Source: Candidatus Saccharimonadales bacterium (GTDB lineage Bacteria; Patescibacteriota; Saccharimonadia; Saccharimonadales; JAGPDM01). Taken from it: 64,000 nt of DNA. The translations under genes were made by a program, and so were the position numbers. This document shows, piece by piece, positions 17,907-27,116 of the stretch (position 1 is the first letter of the stretch; the number at the start of each line of letters is the position of its first letter). The notes under the pieces were generated by a model. It saw only the letters and a list, made by a program, of their open reading frames with translations, had not been told where the DNA came from and did no database searches. The stretch lies in assembly GCA_044227985.1 (NCBI GenBank), contig JBGAVT010000002.1, positions 19,452 through 83,451 on the forward strand, read 5' to 3'.

Positions 17907-19589
17907 ATGGATGGGGAAAACATAGTTTCAACACGTGAGCTTTTCCGGCGAGCACTTAAAAATCCCGTCATTTTAGCAGGCCAACTAATAATTGTCGGAT
18001 TATTATTATACGATTATTTTTTTACTCCTCACCTGATTAGAAATATCGGATTTATTCCAATTCTAATAGCTATCGGTACGGCAGCTGCGGTCATTCTTGT
18101 TGAAAAATCTTCGGTCAAAAATTTTCGCAACTACATTGTTGTGCAATCAGCTATTGCCCTCTTGTTCGCAGCTAGTTTGATATTCGTGATACCAATCGAT
18201 TCAGTCTACAGTTCATTGGCGTACTTAGTTATACTAACCAGTCAATACTGGATTGGAACACGTGGTTTTATCGGTAGTTATGCTGTTGTCTTATCGGCTT
18301 CTATAATTGGGATCGTTTTTCAAAGCAATGGACAGCCTGTCGATTGGCACGGTTTTATTATTTTCCAGATTCTTCTGCTTGTAACCGGGATAATTATCGG
18401 CGAGCTGTTCAGTGATCTACAACGTGATCGAATAAATCTTAAACATGCAACAAACAGCATTATCTTTGAGCGAGAGAGGCTGGAAAGCTTGATCAACAGT
18501 ATGACAGATGCCGTGATTGCTACAACTGAAGAAGGTATCGTAACCGCATATAACGGTGCGGCTCTTGAGCTACTTGATACTAACAAATCGCCCTTAGACG
18601 AACACTTTAATAGCCTTATGCAGATATTTGACGAAGACGATAAGCAAATTGTAATTTTTGATGAGAATCGTGATGACAGCATCATCAAGCATGATGATTG
18701 GCATTTTATTAATCAGGATCAAGAGAGAATTAATTTGTATATGTCCCTCTCTCCGATAATCACCGAAAGCTCAGCCATCAATAATGGATTTATTTTGGTG
18801 CTGCGCGACATTACAAAAGAAAAAAGCCTAGAGGAGCAACGTGATGATTTCGTTTCGATAGTCAGTCATGAGCTAAGAACCCCACTGGCTATCACTGAAG
18901 CAAACCTAAGCACTGCGCAATTACCGGCGATAAAAGACGACGCTAGCAAACGGCAGCCATTGCTAGAACAAGCATACAAAAATGTTTTATTCTTGTCTGA
19001 TCTTGTCAACGATATTACTACCATTAGTCGTGCAGAGCGCGGGATCCTAGAAAATGAAATTGAAGAATTTGATCCAATTGAGTTAGCGACAGAACTTGAG
19101 AAGGATTACGTTCCGAAAGCAGCAGAAAAAGGATTGAAATTCAGCCTAGAGATAGACGACAAAATTCCCAAGATTTTTTCAAACCGTCATAGAGTGAAGG
19201 AAATTCTACAGGACTTTATAACTAATGCAGTTAAGTACACCGAGGATGGAAATGTTTCTTTGATTATAAGTCTAAAGAACATCTCAACACTTCGTTTTTC
19301 AGTCAAAGATAGTGGCATTGGCATCAGCCAAACTGACCAAAAGCATATTTTTTCTAAGTTCTACAGGAGTGAAGACTTCCGAACTCGCGATCATAACGGA
19401 ACAGGATTAGGGCTATTTATTGCAACCAAACTGGTTGAGTTAATCGGTGGAAAAATGGGAGTAGAGTCTGAGCTTAACAAGGGCTCAGTTTTTTGGCTTG
19501 AATTACCGATTAAGCCGAGGGTTGAACTTGAGTCGACGGTGGAATCTTCTGAAGCGTCGGATAACAAACCAGTCGATTCCTCCAACTAA
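17907..19589 (+). CDS. membrane sensor histidine kinase (multi-TM, PAS-like, HisKA, HATPase)
   Basis: H-box FVSIVSHELRTPLA. N and G boxes are present (NAVKYT, DSGIGI, GTGLGLFIA). No response regulator gene is seen anywhere in the window. Confidence 0.85.
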   Translation: MDGENIVSTRELFRRALKNPVILAGQLIIVGLLLYDYFFTPHLIRNIGFIPILIAIGTAAAVILVEKSSVKNFRNYIVVQSAIALLFAASLIFVIPIDSVYSSLAYLVILTSQYWIGTRGFIGSYAVVLSASIIGIVFQSNGQPVDWHGFIIFQILLLVTGIIIGELFSDLQRDRINLKHATNSIIFERERLESLINSMTDAVIATTEEGIVTAYNGAALELLDTNKSPLDEHFNSLMQIFDEDDKQIVIFDENRDDSIIKHDDWHFINQDQERINLYMSLSPIITESSAINNGFILVLRDITKEKSLEEQRDDFVSIVSHELRTPLAITEANLSTAQLPAIKDDASKRQPLLEQAYKNVLFLSDLVNDITTISRAERGILENEIEEFDPIELATELEKDYVPKAAEKGLKFSLEIDDKIPKIFSNRHRVKEILQDFITNAVKYTEDGNVSLIISLKNISTLRFSVKDSGIGISQTDQKHIFSKFYRSEDFRTRDHNGTGLGLFIATKLVELIGGKMGVESELNKGSVFWLELPIKPRVELESTVESSEASDNKPVDSSN

Positions 19590-20967
19590 CTTCAGAAAAC
19601 TCATATCGGTACATCGAGACTAATAGTAATATCGGCTCAATGATGTACGAAACAATATAGCTGAATGGAGCCAGAAACCATACGCTAGGTGTAAGAACTG
19701 TTGTAGCTACAAATTCTCGTACAAGTAGGCAACCAATGGCAATAATAATCATCAACAAATAAACAATATGATTGCTTGTTGCTGCAACATAAATTACATA
19801 AGCTAATATCAACGGCAGCGCCAGTCGCCATACAGAATAAGCAATAGATTTTAGAGGCATCATTTCATGTAGCGGATACAAAGTCCTAATCAAATTATTA
19901 ATGTGCGAGTCCGGCCGTTTTCTAACCGTGATGCCGAGGTCTGGATTACTGATGATATAGCTGTAGCCGTTCCTTTCAGAAAAAATTTCTGCCAAGGTTA
20001 TTTCGGGCAATACATGGTTCTTGACCGAATCAAATCCGCCAATATTCCTTAGCGATTCAGACTGTACTAACCAAAATTTTCCGGATACTGGATTATCAAT
20101 TCTACTCATTTGTAATTGTTGTTTGCCGATACTCGGCTCAAGCAGAGAAGCTGCTACATCTATACTGTATCTCTGCGGCCAAACACTCAACATATCGAGC
20201 TTCTGGGCTTCTACATAGTCAATTAGCTTGGTGATCGTATCCACTTGAAGATCTACGTCAACGTCACAAAATATCAACCATTTACCACTCGCTTCCTCGC
20301 TAAGCCGCTGTAATGCGTTATTTTTGCCATTCCAGTCTGTTCTGGGCTCACTCCCAGATATAAAGCGCACGCCGTCATGTGCAAAGTTTTTAATAACTTC
20401 AGGAGTCTTGTCGCTTGAACAATCGTCTAGCACTATAATTTCAAGTTTTTCGTAATTACTATTAATGCTCTGTTGTAAACACTTTGAAAGATTAATGTCC
20501 TCATTGCGTGCGGGGATCAGGAGCGAAACTGCTGGTTGTGCTCCAGTAGTTAACATCGGAGCCGGTTGATAATGAAAAATAGTTTTTGCTCGAAGGGTCT
20601 TGAAAAGCCCAGCTAATTGCCGATAGATAAATATAGTAGGAATTAAAATTAAAAAATTCTCAGGGAGCATGTAAAGAAACCGGGTGCCAAGTATGGTGCA
20701 TATGACTATAAGATTAATAATAAAAATAGATTGAAGTTGTTCGGTTTTTTGCTGAGCGGATATGTTGCTGAAGCGTCGGACTTCAAGTAGGTTAAATATT
20801 AAAAATAAACCAAAAAGGTTACTATAACTGAAATAAAGCGTTAGACCGATGATGATCAAGCTTAAAAGAATTTTATGTGGTTTGTCTCGCTTGTATTGAA
20901 TCACCCAAACTAGGAAAAAAATAACAGGTAATGTCACTGATACTAAGTAGTTGTATTGCGCCCACAT
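19510..20967 (-). CDS. family-2 glycosyltransferase with N- and C-terminal TM domains
   Basis: VSLLIPARNEDINLSKCL...LEIIVLDDCSSDKT is the GT-A/GT2 signature, and a DVD motif (FCDVDVD) is present. Multiple TM helices flank the catalytic domain. Confidence 0.7.
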   Translation of the reverse strand: MWAQYNYLVSVTLPVIFFLVWVIQYKRDKPHKILLSLIIIGLTLYFSYSNLFGLFLIFNLLEVRRFSNISAQQKTEQLQSIFIINLIVICTILGTRFLYMLPENFLILIPTIFIYRQLAGLFKTLRAKTIFHYQPAPMLTTGAQPAVSLLIPARNEDINLSKCLQQSINSNYEKLEIIVLDDCSSDKTPEVIKNFAHDGVRFISGSEPRTDWNGKNNALQRLSEEASGKWLIFCDVDVDLQVDTITKLIDYVEAQKLDMLSVWPQRYSIDVAASLLEPSIGKQQLQMSRIDNPVSGKFWLVQSESLRNIGGFDSVKNHVLPEITLAEIFSERNGYSYIISNPDLGITVRKRPDSHINNLIRTLYPLHEMMPLKSIAYSVWRLALPLILAYVIYVAATSNHIVYLLMIIIAIGCLLVREFVATTVLTPSVWFLAPFSYIVSYIIEPILLLVSMYRYEFSEVSWRNRLVCYPTLQKIPPSTQVQPSA

Positions 20968-20985
20968 GTTGATATACTATCATTC

Positions 20986-22413
20986 ATGAAGTCATTTGAC
21001 CTAGTTGTAATCGGGGCAGGATCAGGTGGGTTAACCGCAGCTACCTACGCCAAAAAACTAGGCGCAAGTGTCGCGATGATAGAAAAACGAGATGTGCTCG
21101 GTGGTGAATGCCTCCAAAATGGTTGTGTGCCGAGTAAAACACTCATACATGCTTCAAAACGATACTACCAGTCAGATAGTTCATCTAAATTCGGCGTTAA
21201 CGGAAAGCCAACTTTAGATTTCGAAGATTTAAACAAAAGTATTGTTCGTGCCATACGCCGAATCGAAGATAGGGACGAAAATGACGAACATTTTGAAAAG
21301 CTTGGCGTCAAAGTTTTTCATGGTGAAGCTAAATTTATTGACGGAAACACTGTTGAAGTTAACGGTGAGAAAGTCCACGGTCGAAGATTTATAATTGCTA
21401 CTGGCAGCAGGCCTCGAGTAGTTGATGTTCCTGGACAAGAACACCTCGATGTTTATTCAAATGAAACAATCTTTAACATTAAGAAGAAACCCGAAAGTAT
21501 GGCTATCTTAGGTGGTGGGGTAATCGGCTGTGAAATTGGTTGCGCCTACAACTTCCTTGAGACTAATATCACTATTTTTGAACGATATGATCATCTTTCT
21601 CTTAGAGTCGACCCGGAAATTGCTAAATTCGTAACCTCCAAATTCACTGAACGTGGCATAGATGTCGTTACGAACTCAAATCTTGAGAAAATTACTAAGA
21701 AAAAAGGCGACAAGTTGGCTACACTTCATTATAAAAAAGGGAAACAAAGCTTGACCTCGAAAGCTGATAGTCTGTTCATGGCAATAGGTCGAATCCCAAA
21801 CACTGACCTTGATCTTGAAAACGCTGGCGTCGAATACACGAGCCGAGGCATAACCATTAACGGCTACGGACAGACCTCTCGTAAGAATATCTGGGCAGTT
21901 GGAGATGTAACAGGCATGGCTGGCTTCACGCATGTAGCCGGTGAGCAGGCATACTATGCCGTTGTTCACGCAATGTTTGGCCTAAGGCATAAAGTCAGTC
22001 TGCACGCATTACCATTTGTCATCTTTACGCGCCCTGAAGTCGCCCACGTTGGTAAAACAGAAAAAGACTTAAAGGCAGAGGGGATTCCTCATGTAGTCCG
22101 TGCGATGGATTATTCAGAAATAGATAGAGCAATGATTGAAGACAAGCCTGGAATGATAAAAGTTATGCTTGATAAGCGAGATCGTATTCTTGGTGCTACT
22201 GTTGCTGGCTCACAAGCGACCGAACAGATTGGTACTTTTGTCTTAGCTATGAGCAACCGTTTAACAATGCGAGACATTGCTAAAACGATTCTTCCGTACC
22301 CAACCTATGCCATGGCACCAAAAACATTGGCAGCTAATCACATCACTGAAAAAGTGATTAATAATAAGCTTGGTGAACACGCTATGAGAATTTTCCGTCA
22401 GCTACGTAGATAA
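20986..22413 (+). CDS. class I pyridine nucleotide-disulfide oxidoreductase (dihydrolipoyl dehydrogenase / glutathione-reductase-like)
   Basis: The ATG at 20986 (MKSFDLVVIGAGSGG) is used. The redox-active disulfide motif GGECLQNGCVPSK, a second Rossmann motif (ILGGGVIGCE) and a C-terminal dimerisation domain are present. Confidence 0.75.
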   Translation: MKSFDLVVIGAGSGGLTAATYAKKLGASVAMIEKRDVLGGECLQNGCVPSKTLIHASKRYYQSDSSSKFGVNGKPTLDFEDLNKSIVRAIRRIEDRDENDEHFEKLGVKVFHGEAKFIDGNTVEVNGEKVHGRRFIIATGSRPRVVDVPGQEHLDVYSNETIFNIKKKPESMAILGGGVIGCEIGCAYNFLETNITIFERYDHLSLRVDPEIAKFVTSKFTERGIDVVTNSNLEKITKKKGDKLATLHYKKGKQSLTSKADSLFMAIGRIPNTDLDLENAGVEYTSRGITINGYGQTSRKNIWAVGDVTGMAGFTHVAGEQAYYAVVHAMFGLRHKVSLHALPFVIFTRPEVAHVGKTEKDLKAEGIPHVVRAMDYSEIDRAMIEDKPGMIKVMLDKRDRILGATVAGSQATEQIGTFVLAMSNRLTMRDIAKTILPYPTYAMAPKTLAANHITEKVINNKLGEHAMRIFRQLRR

Positions 22414-22483
22414 AGCACTTGACCGGACAGACAATTCGGCCTATAGTTGACAGAAGCGAGCCATTGTAGGCTCTTTTTAATTT

Positions 22484-22936
22484 GTGGAGAAAACATGGCG
22501 AAAGCTAAAAAAACTGAAAAAAAAACCAGAAAGCACTAAAGCCGAAACAAAAGTACGGGTTATTAAAGCTAGTGATGCGGCGCCTCTTCGCAAAAAAACT
22601 AGCAGTAAAACTACAAAATCAGCGAAGTCATCTAAGCAAACTATCGTAAAAACAAGCAAGGACACTAAGAAAACTAGTAAAAAAGCAGATAAATCGATAA
22701 AAGAGCCAATGGTGCTCGAATCAAAAGCTAGTGACAAACCGAGCCTCGACGATAGGATTAAAACCTATTTCAAAGGCTCAGTCTCTGAAATTAGGAAAGT
22801 TACTTGGCCAGGAAGAAAAGAATCCTGGAATCTGACTATTTCTGTTTTGGTATTTAGTGGATTGTTCGCAGCATTTACTACCGTGATTGATTACGGTATT
22901 GTTCAGGCATTAGAAAAATTCGTATTAGGAAAATAA
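22484..22936 (+). CDS. secE: preprotein translocase subunit SecE with long Lys-rich N-terminal extension; start ambiguous
   Basis: The C-terminus YFKGSVSEIRKVTWPGRKESWNLTISVLVFSGLFAAFTTVIDYGI is typical of SecE. It lies directly upstream of nusG. See the finding on the A9 tract and the start codon. Confidence 0.8.
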   Translation: MEKTWRKLKKLKKKPESTKAETKVRVIKASDAAPLRKKTSSKTTKSAKSSKQTIVKTSKDTKKTSKKADKSIKEPMVLESKASDKPSLDDRIKTYFKGSVSEIRKVTWPGRKESWNLTISVLVFSGLFAAFTTVIDYGIVQALEKFVLGK

Positions 22937-22965
22937 CAAATTAGTAACTAGGAGTTTAAAGTTTT

Positions 22966-23499
22966 ATGAGTAAAAAAGCATTTTGGTACGCCATCCACAC
23001 AAGCAGTGGCTATGAAGAAAAAGTAAAAGAGAGTATTCGCCAGCGAGCCGAAAGCCTCGACATGGCCGATAAGATTCTCGACGTCATGGTTCCGAAAGAA
23101 AAACAGATTGAAATCAAGAACGGCAAGCGAAAAGTTGTTGAAAAACGTATTTTCCAAGGCTATGTCTTTGTGCACATGACAATGAGTGAAGATGTTTGGT
23201 ATGTCGTCCGAAATACACCTAATGTAACTGGTTTCGTCGGAAGCAACAGTAATGACCCGACCCCAGTAGATGAAGAAGAGATTGATAAAATTAAGAAACG
23301 TATGGGCGTTGAAGATCCAACCCATAAACTCGACTTTGCTGAAGGCGAAGTTGTTGGTATTATCGACGGTCCCTTCAAAGGCTTCGATGGTGCAGTCAGT
23401 GAAGTTGACTCAGTCAAGGGTAAGATCAAAGTACTGGTTAACCTTTTCGGTCGAGAAACCCCTGTCGAACTTGATGGCCTCCAAGTTAAGAAGTCTTAG
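22966..23499 (+). CDS. nusG: transcription termination/antitermination factor NusG
   Basis: FWYAIHTSSGYEEKVKESI marks the NGN domain. The KOW domain reads GEVVGIIDGPFKGFDGAVSEVD...KIKVLVNLFGRETPVEL. Confidence 0.95.
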   Translation: MSKKAFWYAIHTSSGYEEKVKESIRQRAESLDMADKILDVMVPKEKQIEIKNGKRKVVEKRIFQGYVFVHMTMSEDVWYVVRNTPNVTGFVGSNSNDPTPVDEEEIDKIKKRMGVEDPTHKLDFAEGEVVGIIDGPFKGFDGAVSEVDSVKGKIKVLVNLFGRETPVELDGLQVKKS

Positions 23500-23611
23500 T
23501 TAAATTCAGTAAAAACAACAAGTAATACAAAGTGCTTGCATAATAATCATATATGTGATATTATTATGTTGTTAAATAATTTCCACATTACGTGGAGCAA
23601 GGACAAAAATA

Positions 23612-23881
23612 ATGAATAAAAATCAACGAACACATGAGCACGAACCAACTGATGGCGAGGGTTTTGTCGCTCCAGGTGAGCATAGCAATGAAGGTGGACT
23701 CGGGCTCGAAGCCCATTTACCTAACCAGGATACAACTTTAGTTGACCAAACAGCAAAAAAACCTGAATTTAGTGTTGAGAAGTCTCAAACCCATTCAACC
23801 GCATTTGAAGGTGCAACTCCTATAGAAAATACTGTAAAAGAAAACAGTGATCCGTGGGGGCAGTGGCCCGACAAGCTTTAA
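23612..23881 (+). CDS. hypothetical acidic, probably disordered 89-aa protein
   Basis: No motif recognised. Candidate promoter TTGCAT, 17-nt spacer, TATTAT near 23536-23564, with a GGAG-like RBS. Confidence 0.35.
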   Translation: MNKNQRTHEHEPTDGEGFVAPGEHSNEGGLGLEAHLPNQDTTLVDQTAKKPEFSVEKSQTHSTAFEGATPIENTVKENSDPWGQWPDKL

Positions 23882-24255
23882 ACGTAAAGTGTTGCGTCTC
23901 TTTTTCCAATCACTTAACCTTTGAAAATTATTTTTTCTGAGAGTACATTTAAGTATTCATTGATATGAAACATAGACTTTACCTAGCTTCAAAACAGACG
24001 TCGTTTAATTTCTACTACCAATTTTTAATAGTTTTTTCTCAGTCTAAAGACGTCACACAGAATGATTGACAATGTATTTTACGAGTAATTTTCAAGAATA
24101 TTAAAATAACTGATTGTGTCTATTAAATTTTGTCTATTTCTTAAGCCATATCTACGTGTGTCCTGAGCTTTAATCAGAACAATTTTTTATTAGTTTTATG
24201 TGTAAAATCAAAAACTTCATACAGTTGTATAGTATATACATTTTAATCGATATTA

Positions 24256-24285
24256 TTGACGTATCATGAAATAATCTTATATAAT
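24256..24285 (+). promoter_or_regulatory. candidate promoter of the 745-aa orphan gene
   Basis: TTGACG (24256-24261), 18-nt spacer, TATAAT (24280-24285), at the end of a 433-nt very AT-rich spacer. Confidence 0.45.
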
Positions 24286-24314
24286 AAAATTATTACTAAT
24301 AGGATTATTAAACA

Positions 24315-26552
24315 ATGGCTCGAGATTTAGATTTTCTGCATAAGGACATCACAATGGATGCTGGTGAAAGAGCAATCTGTGCGATTAGGGTTAGCCATTT
24401 GTTACAGGAAATTAAGGCAACTGGGTATGAAACTTCAGGTTTCGACATTCAATATTTTCCAGATACCGGAATAGACAACCCTAGGCAAAGAATAAATAGG
24501 TTCCATCCATCTGTAGAGGATCAAAATGGTAGGAACTGGCAGTTCTGTGCCATTCCTGACGGTGAAGCTACGGCGATTGGTATTGCTTATGGTAATGCAG
24601 TGGTACCAATATTTTCTCTGTTAACCAAAGAATCTTCTGACCCTACACAGAGAAATTGCGTTACATTGATGCCTATACCAAGACTAATTGATGACGGAGC
24701 TACTAAAACTGTTGATGATTGGCTAGAAAATATGGTTACGACTAATGATGATGAACGCAAGCCGCTTTACGAACTTGAAGACGGCGCAGTTGTTCCGTCA
24801 GCTCAAATTGTTGAAAGTATCCTACATTTAGTCGGCAGACCTTCGGCATTGGAAGACCATCCCGAGGGATACGTGTTGACCGCACCTCAACTCTTTGGAG
24901 TGCTAAATTTGCAACATTACATCGATGTCACAGGTCTTACGGAAGAAATTATAAAATCTGAAGAATCCGTTGCGCTCTCAAAAACAGAAAAACTCGAGCC
25001 AGTCGAAGAGGCACTATCTGTAGCCTCAGCTATAGTCGAAGCTGAAAGAAAGCTGACTGAACAAGCAGAGCCTAAAGGATGGGTCATCAAGAGTAGCTTG
25101 GGGGAACGCGGACGTCGTCTTGAATCAACTGCTGTAACTACTCTAAATTTTGTACCCGGGGAAGGCCTAGCGATTACTACAACTGTATCTCCGAAACATA
25201 GTGATAAATATTCTTATGGTGTGGCAACCATCAGAGATGGCAAGGTTGTGTATCTTGATAATAGAAGAGAAGTAAGCGAGGAACAAATAAAAAGACTTCA
25301 GCTAGAAGTGGCAGAAAGAATTGGCGCTCAAACAAAAGTGGTTTTGCCTAAACCAACTGAACGTGAATACAATGGTGAAGAATCTTTGAATGCTGAAGTA
25401 GAAAAAGCTAATGTTGTTGATTATAGTGAAGCTGATATAACTCAGGGCAAACAACTATTAGTAGATAGGCTTGAATTATTAGCGGCTAGTAGTGGAAGAG
25501 GTAGCAACTGGCAACGTGCAGTCCAAGTTTCAGAAGAAATAGATCAATTCATTCGAGGTTTTGAGCTGCTCCCTAATACTTTATTCGATCTAAATGGTTG
25601 CGATAGTGAAAAAATGAAAAGTTCAGTATTATTAGAATCTCTTCTGCAAGAATACCCACCGAGACATAGATTTACTGGAACTTTTAATCTCGAAGAGAGC
25701 TCTCTGATATATGATTTGAACTATGCCTTAAGTGCCGATATCGCCTTAGTGGAAACAGAAACAGCCAGATTTGGTTTTATGCCTAACTTTGCCACTCTCC
25801 ATCTATTAAATGCAGGTGCGCAAAAAGTCCAAGCAACTAATAAAAAAAACGAAAATAGGTTATTAGTTATAGCCAATGATGGTAGAGCAGCTGCTAGAAA
25901 AGGTGGCCCAGTAATTTTATATACAGAGGAAAACAACAGGTTGTACAACATACATGATGGTGTAGACGAGATAAGGTTCTATTGGGTAAGAGGTAAAAAT
26001 TCAGGATTTAATCCTCGTTCAGTCGGGAATCTTCCCGGTAATACAATTGCGCACTTCGTGAAAACAGAATCAAATGGCAAAAACGCCAGGGTTATGGCGA
26101 TAAATGGACAGACAGTAAGAATCGAAGATAGCTCCTATGATGAAAAAAAACGAAAACTTGTAAAAGATCGCTCTAGTCGGAAAAGAAAAAAAGCTCTCGT
26201 TTCAGAAACCGATAAGATAATAGATGATATGCGTGAAGTCTGCTCTCGTGTAGGTATAAATTTTGGTTACATTAGTGCTGAATATGCAACAGAGCTGCCC
26301 CACACTTACACTAAGACAGGGCTAAACAAAAGAGCGATTGGAGAATTGGTAAAATATGCGACGATGTTTGGCGGAGGTGGGGCTGGGGTAACTGCAGCAG
26401 CTCATCTTGCAGTTGAATCTCCATTCATAAACCCAGTAATTGCTGGTCTATTTGGCGGAGGCGTAGCGTTAAAAAAATCACGAATTCTAAAAAGAAGTAT
26501 TGATGCTTTTAGAGCAAAAAAAGCACTCAAAACAGCCGATTCCGACAAATAA
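24315..26552 (+). CDS. orphan 745-aa protein with C-terminal glycine-zipper membrane anchor
   Basis: Long uninterrupted ORF with no signal peptide and no motif I recognise. The K/R-rich stretch KKRKLVKDRSSRKRKK is followed near the C-terminus by FGGGGAGVTAAAHLAV...VIAGLFGGGVAL and a basic tail. Confidence 0.7.
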   Translation: MARDLDFLHKDITMDAGERAICAIRVSHLLQEIKATGYETSGFDIQYFPDTGIDNPRQRINRFHPSVEDQNGRNWQFCAIPDGEATAIGIAYGNAVVPIFSLLTKESSDPTQRNCVTLMPIPRLIDDGATKTVDDWLENMVTTNDDERKPLYELEDGAVVPSAQIVESILHLVGRPSALEDHPEGYVLTAPQLFGVLNLQHYIDVTGLTEEIIKSEESVALSKTEKLEPVEEALSVASAIVEAERKLTEQAEPKGWVIKSSLGERGRRLESTAVTTLNFVPGEGLAITTTVSPKHSDKYSYGVATIRDGKVVYLDNRREVSEEQIKRLQLEVAERIGAQTKVVLPKPTEREYNGEESLNAEVEKANVVDYSEADITQGKQLLVDRLELLAASSGRGSNWQRAVQVSEEIDQFIRGFELLPNTLFDLNGCDSEKMKSSVLLESLLQEYPPRHRFTGTFNLEESSLIYDLNYALSADIALVETETARFGFMPNFATLHLLNAGAQKVQATNKKNENRLLVIANDGRAAARKGGPVILYTEENNRLYNIHDGVDEIRFYWVRGKNSGFNPRSVGNLPGNTIAHFVKTESNGKNARVMAINGQTVRIEDSSYDEKKRKLVKDRSSRKRKKALVSETDKIIDDMREVCSRVGINFGYISAEYATELPHTYTKTGLNKRAIGELVKYATMFGGGGAGVTAAAHLAVESPFINPVIAGLFGGGVALKKSRILKRSIDAFRAKKALKTADSDK

Positions 26553-26670
26553 AAAACTTGAGCTATAAGCTAACATCTGTTAATATGGCAGACGTTACGC
26601 AAAAAATATGAATATGCTTCACTTAATATTCAGTCAATTATTGCAATCAAGAAAATTAGGAGTTTAGATT

Positions 26671-27108
26671 ATGGCAAAGAAGAAAAAGAAGATATCGGCA
26701 CGAGTAAAGTTCCGCGTACCAGCTGGTAATGCGACCCCTGGGCCACCTGTTGGTTCAACACTCGGTCAGCATGGACTTCAAGCGCAAGATTTTATCAGTC
26801 AATACAACGACCGAACCTCAGACCTAAAAGGTCAGGGCGATGTAACAGTAAAAATGAACATTTTTGATGATCGCACCTTTACCTTTACAACTAGTGGTAT
26901 TCCTGCAGATGATTTAATTCGTAAAGCCCTCAATATCAAAAAAGGTAGCGGAGTTCCTCAGAAGGATAAAGTTGGCAAGCTTACACAAGCACAACTTACT
27001 GAAATCGCTGAGATGAAAATGAGTCAGACTAATGCTAATGATATCGAAGCAACAAAGGCCCAAATCGCTGGAACTGCTCGAAGCATGGGTGTTGAAGTAG
27101 AAAAATAA
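26671..27108 (+). CDS. rplK: 50S ribosomal protein L11
   Basis: KFRVPAGNATPGPPVGSTLGQHGLQAQDFISQYN is the canonical L11 N-terminal domain. Confidence 0.95.
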   Translation: MAKKKKKISARVKFRVPAGNATPGPPVGSTLGQHGLQAQDFISQYNDRTSDLKGQGDVTVKMNIFDDRTFTFTTSGIPADDLIRKALNIKKGSGVPQKDKVGKLTQAQLTEIAEMKMSQTNANDIEATKAQIAGTARSMGVEVEK

Positions 27109-27116
27109 TTTTAATA

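Noticed and set aside
13797-22483. Classical tRNA-integrated genomic island at tRNA-Trp.
   Set aside because: No copy of the tRNA-Trp 3' end was found at the distal boundary (about 22.41-22.48 kb), and no recombinase is present. It is reported only as a synteny-breaking cargo block.
26553-26670. L11/L1 operon leader structure upstream of rplK (hairpin TGAATAT...ATATTCA).
   Set aside because: It is only a single A/T-rich 7-bp hairpin with no resemblance to the L1 rRNA site. The rplK-rplA spacer element is the better candidate.
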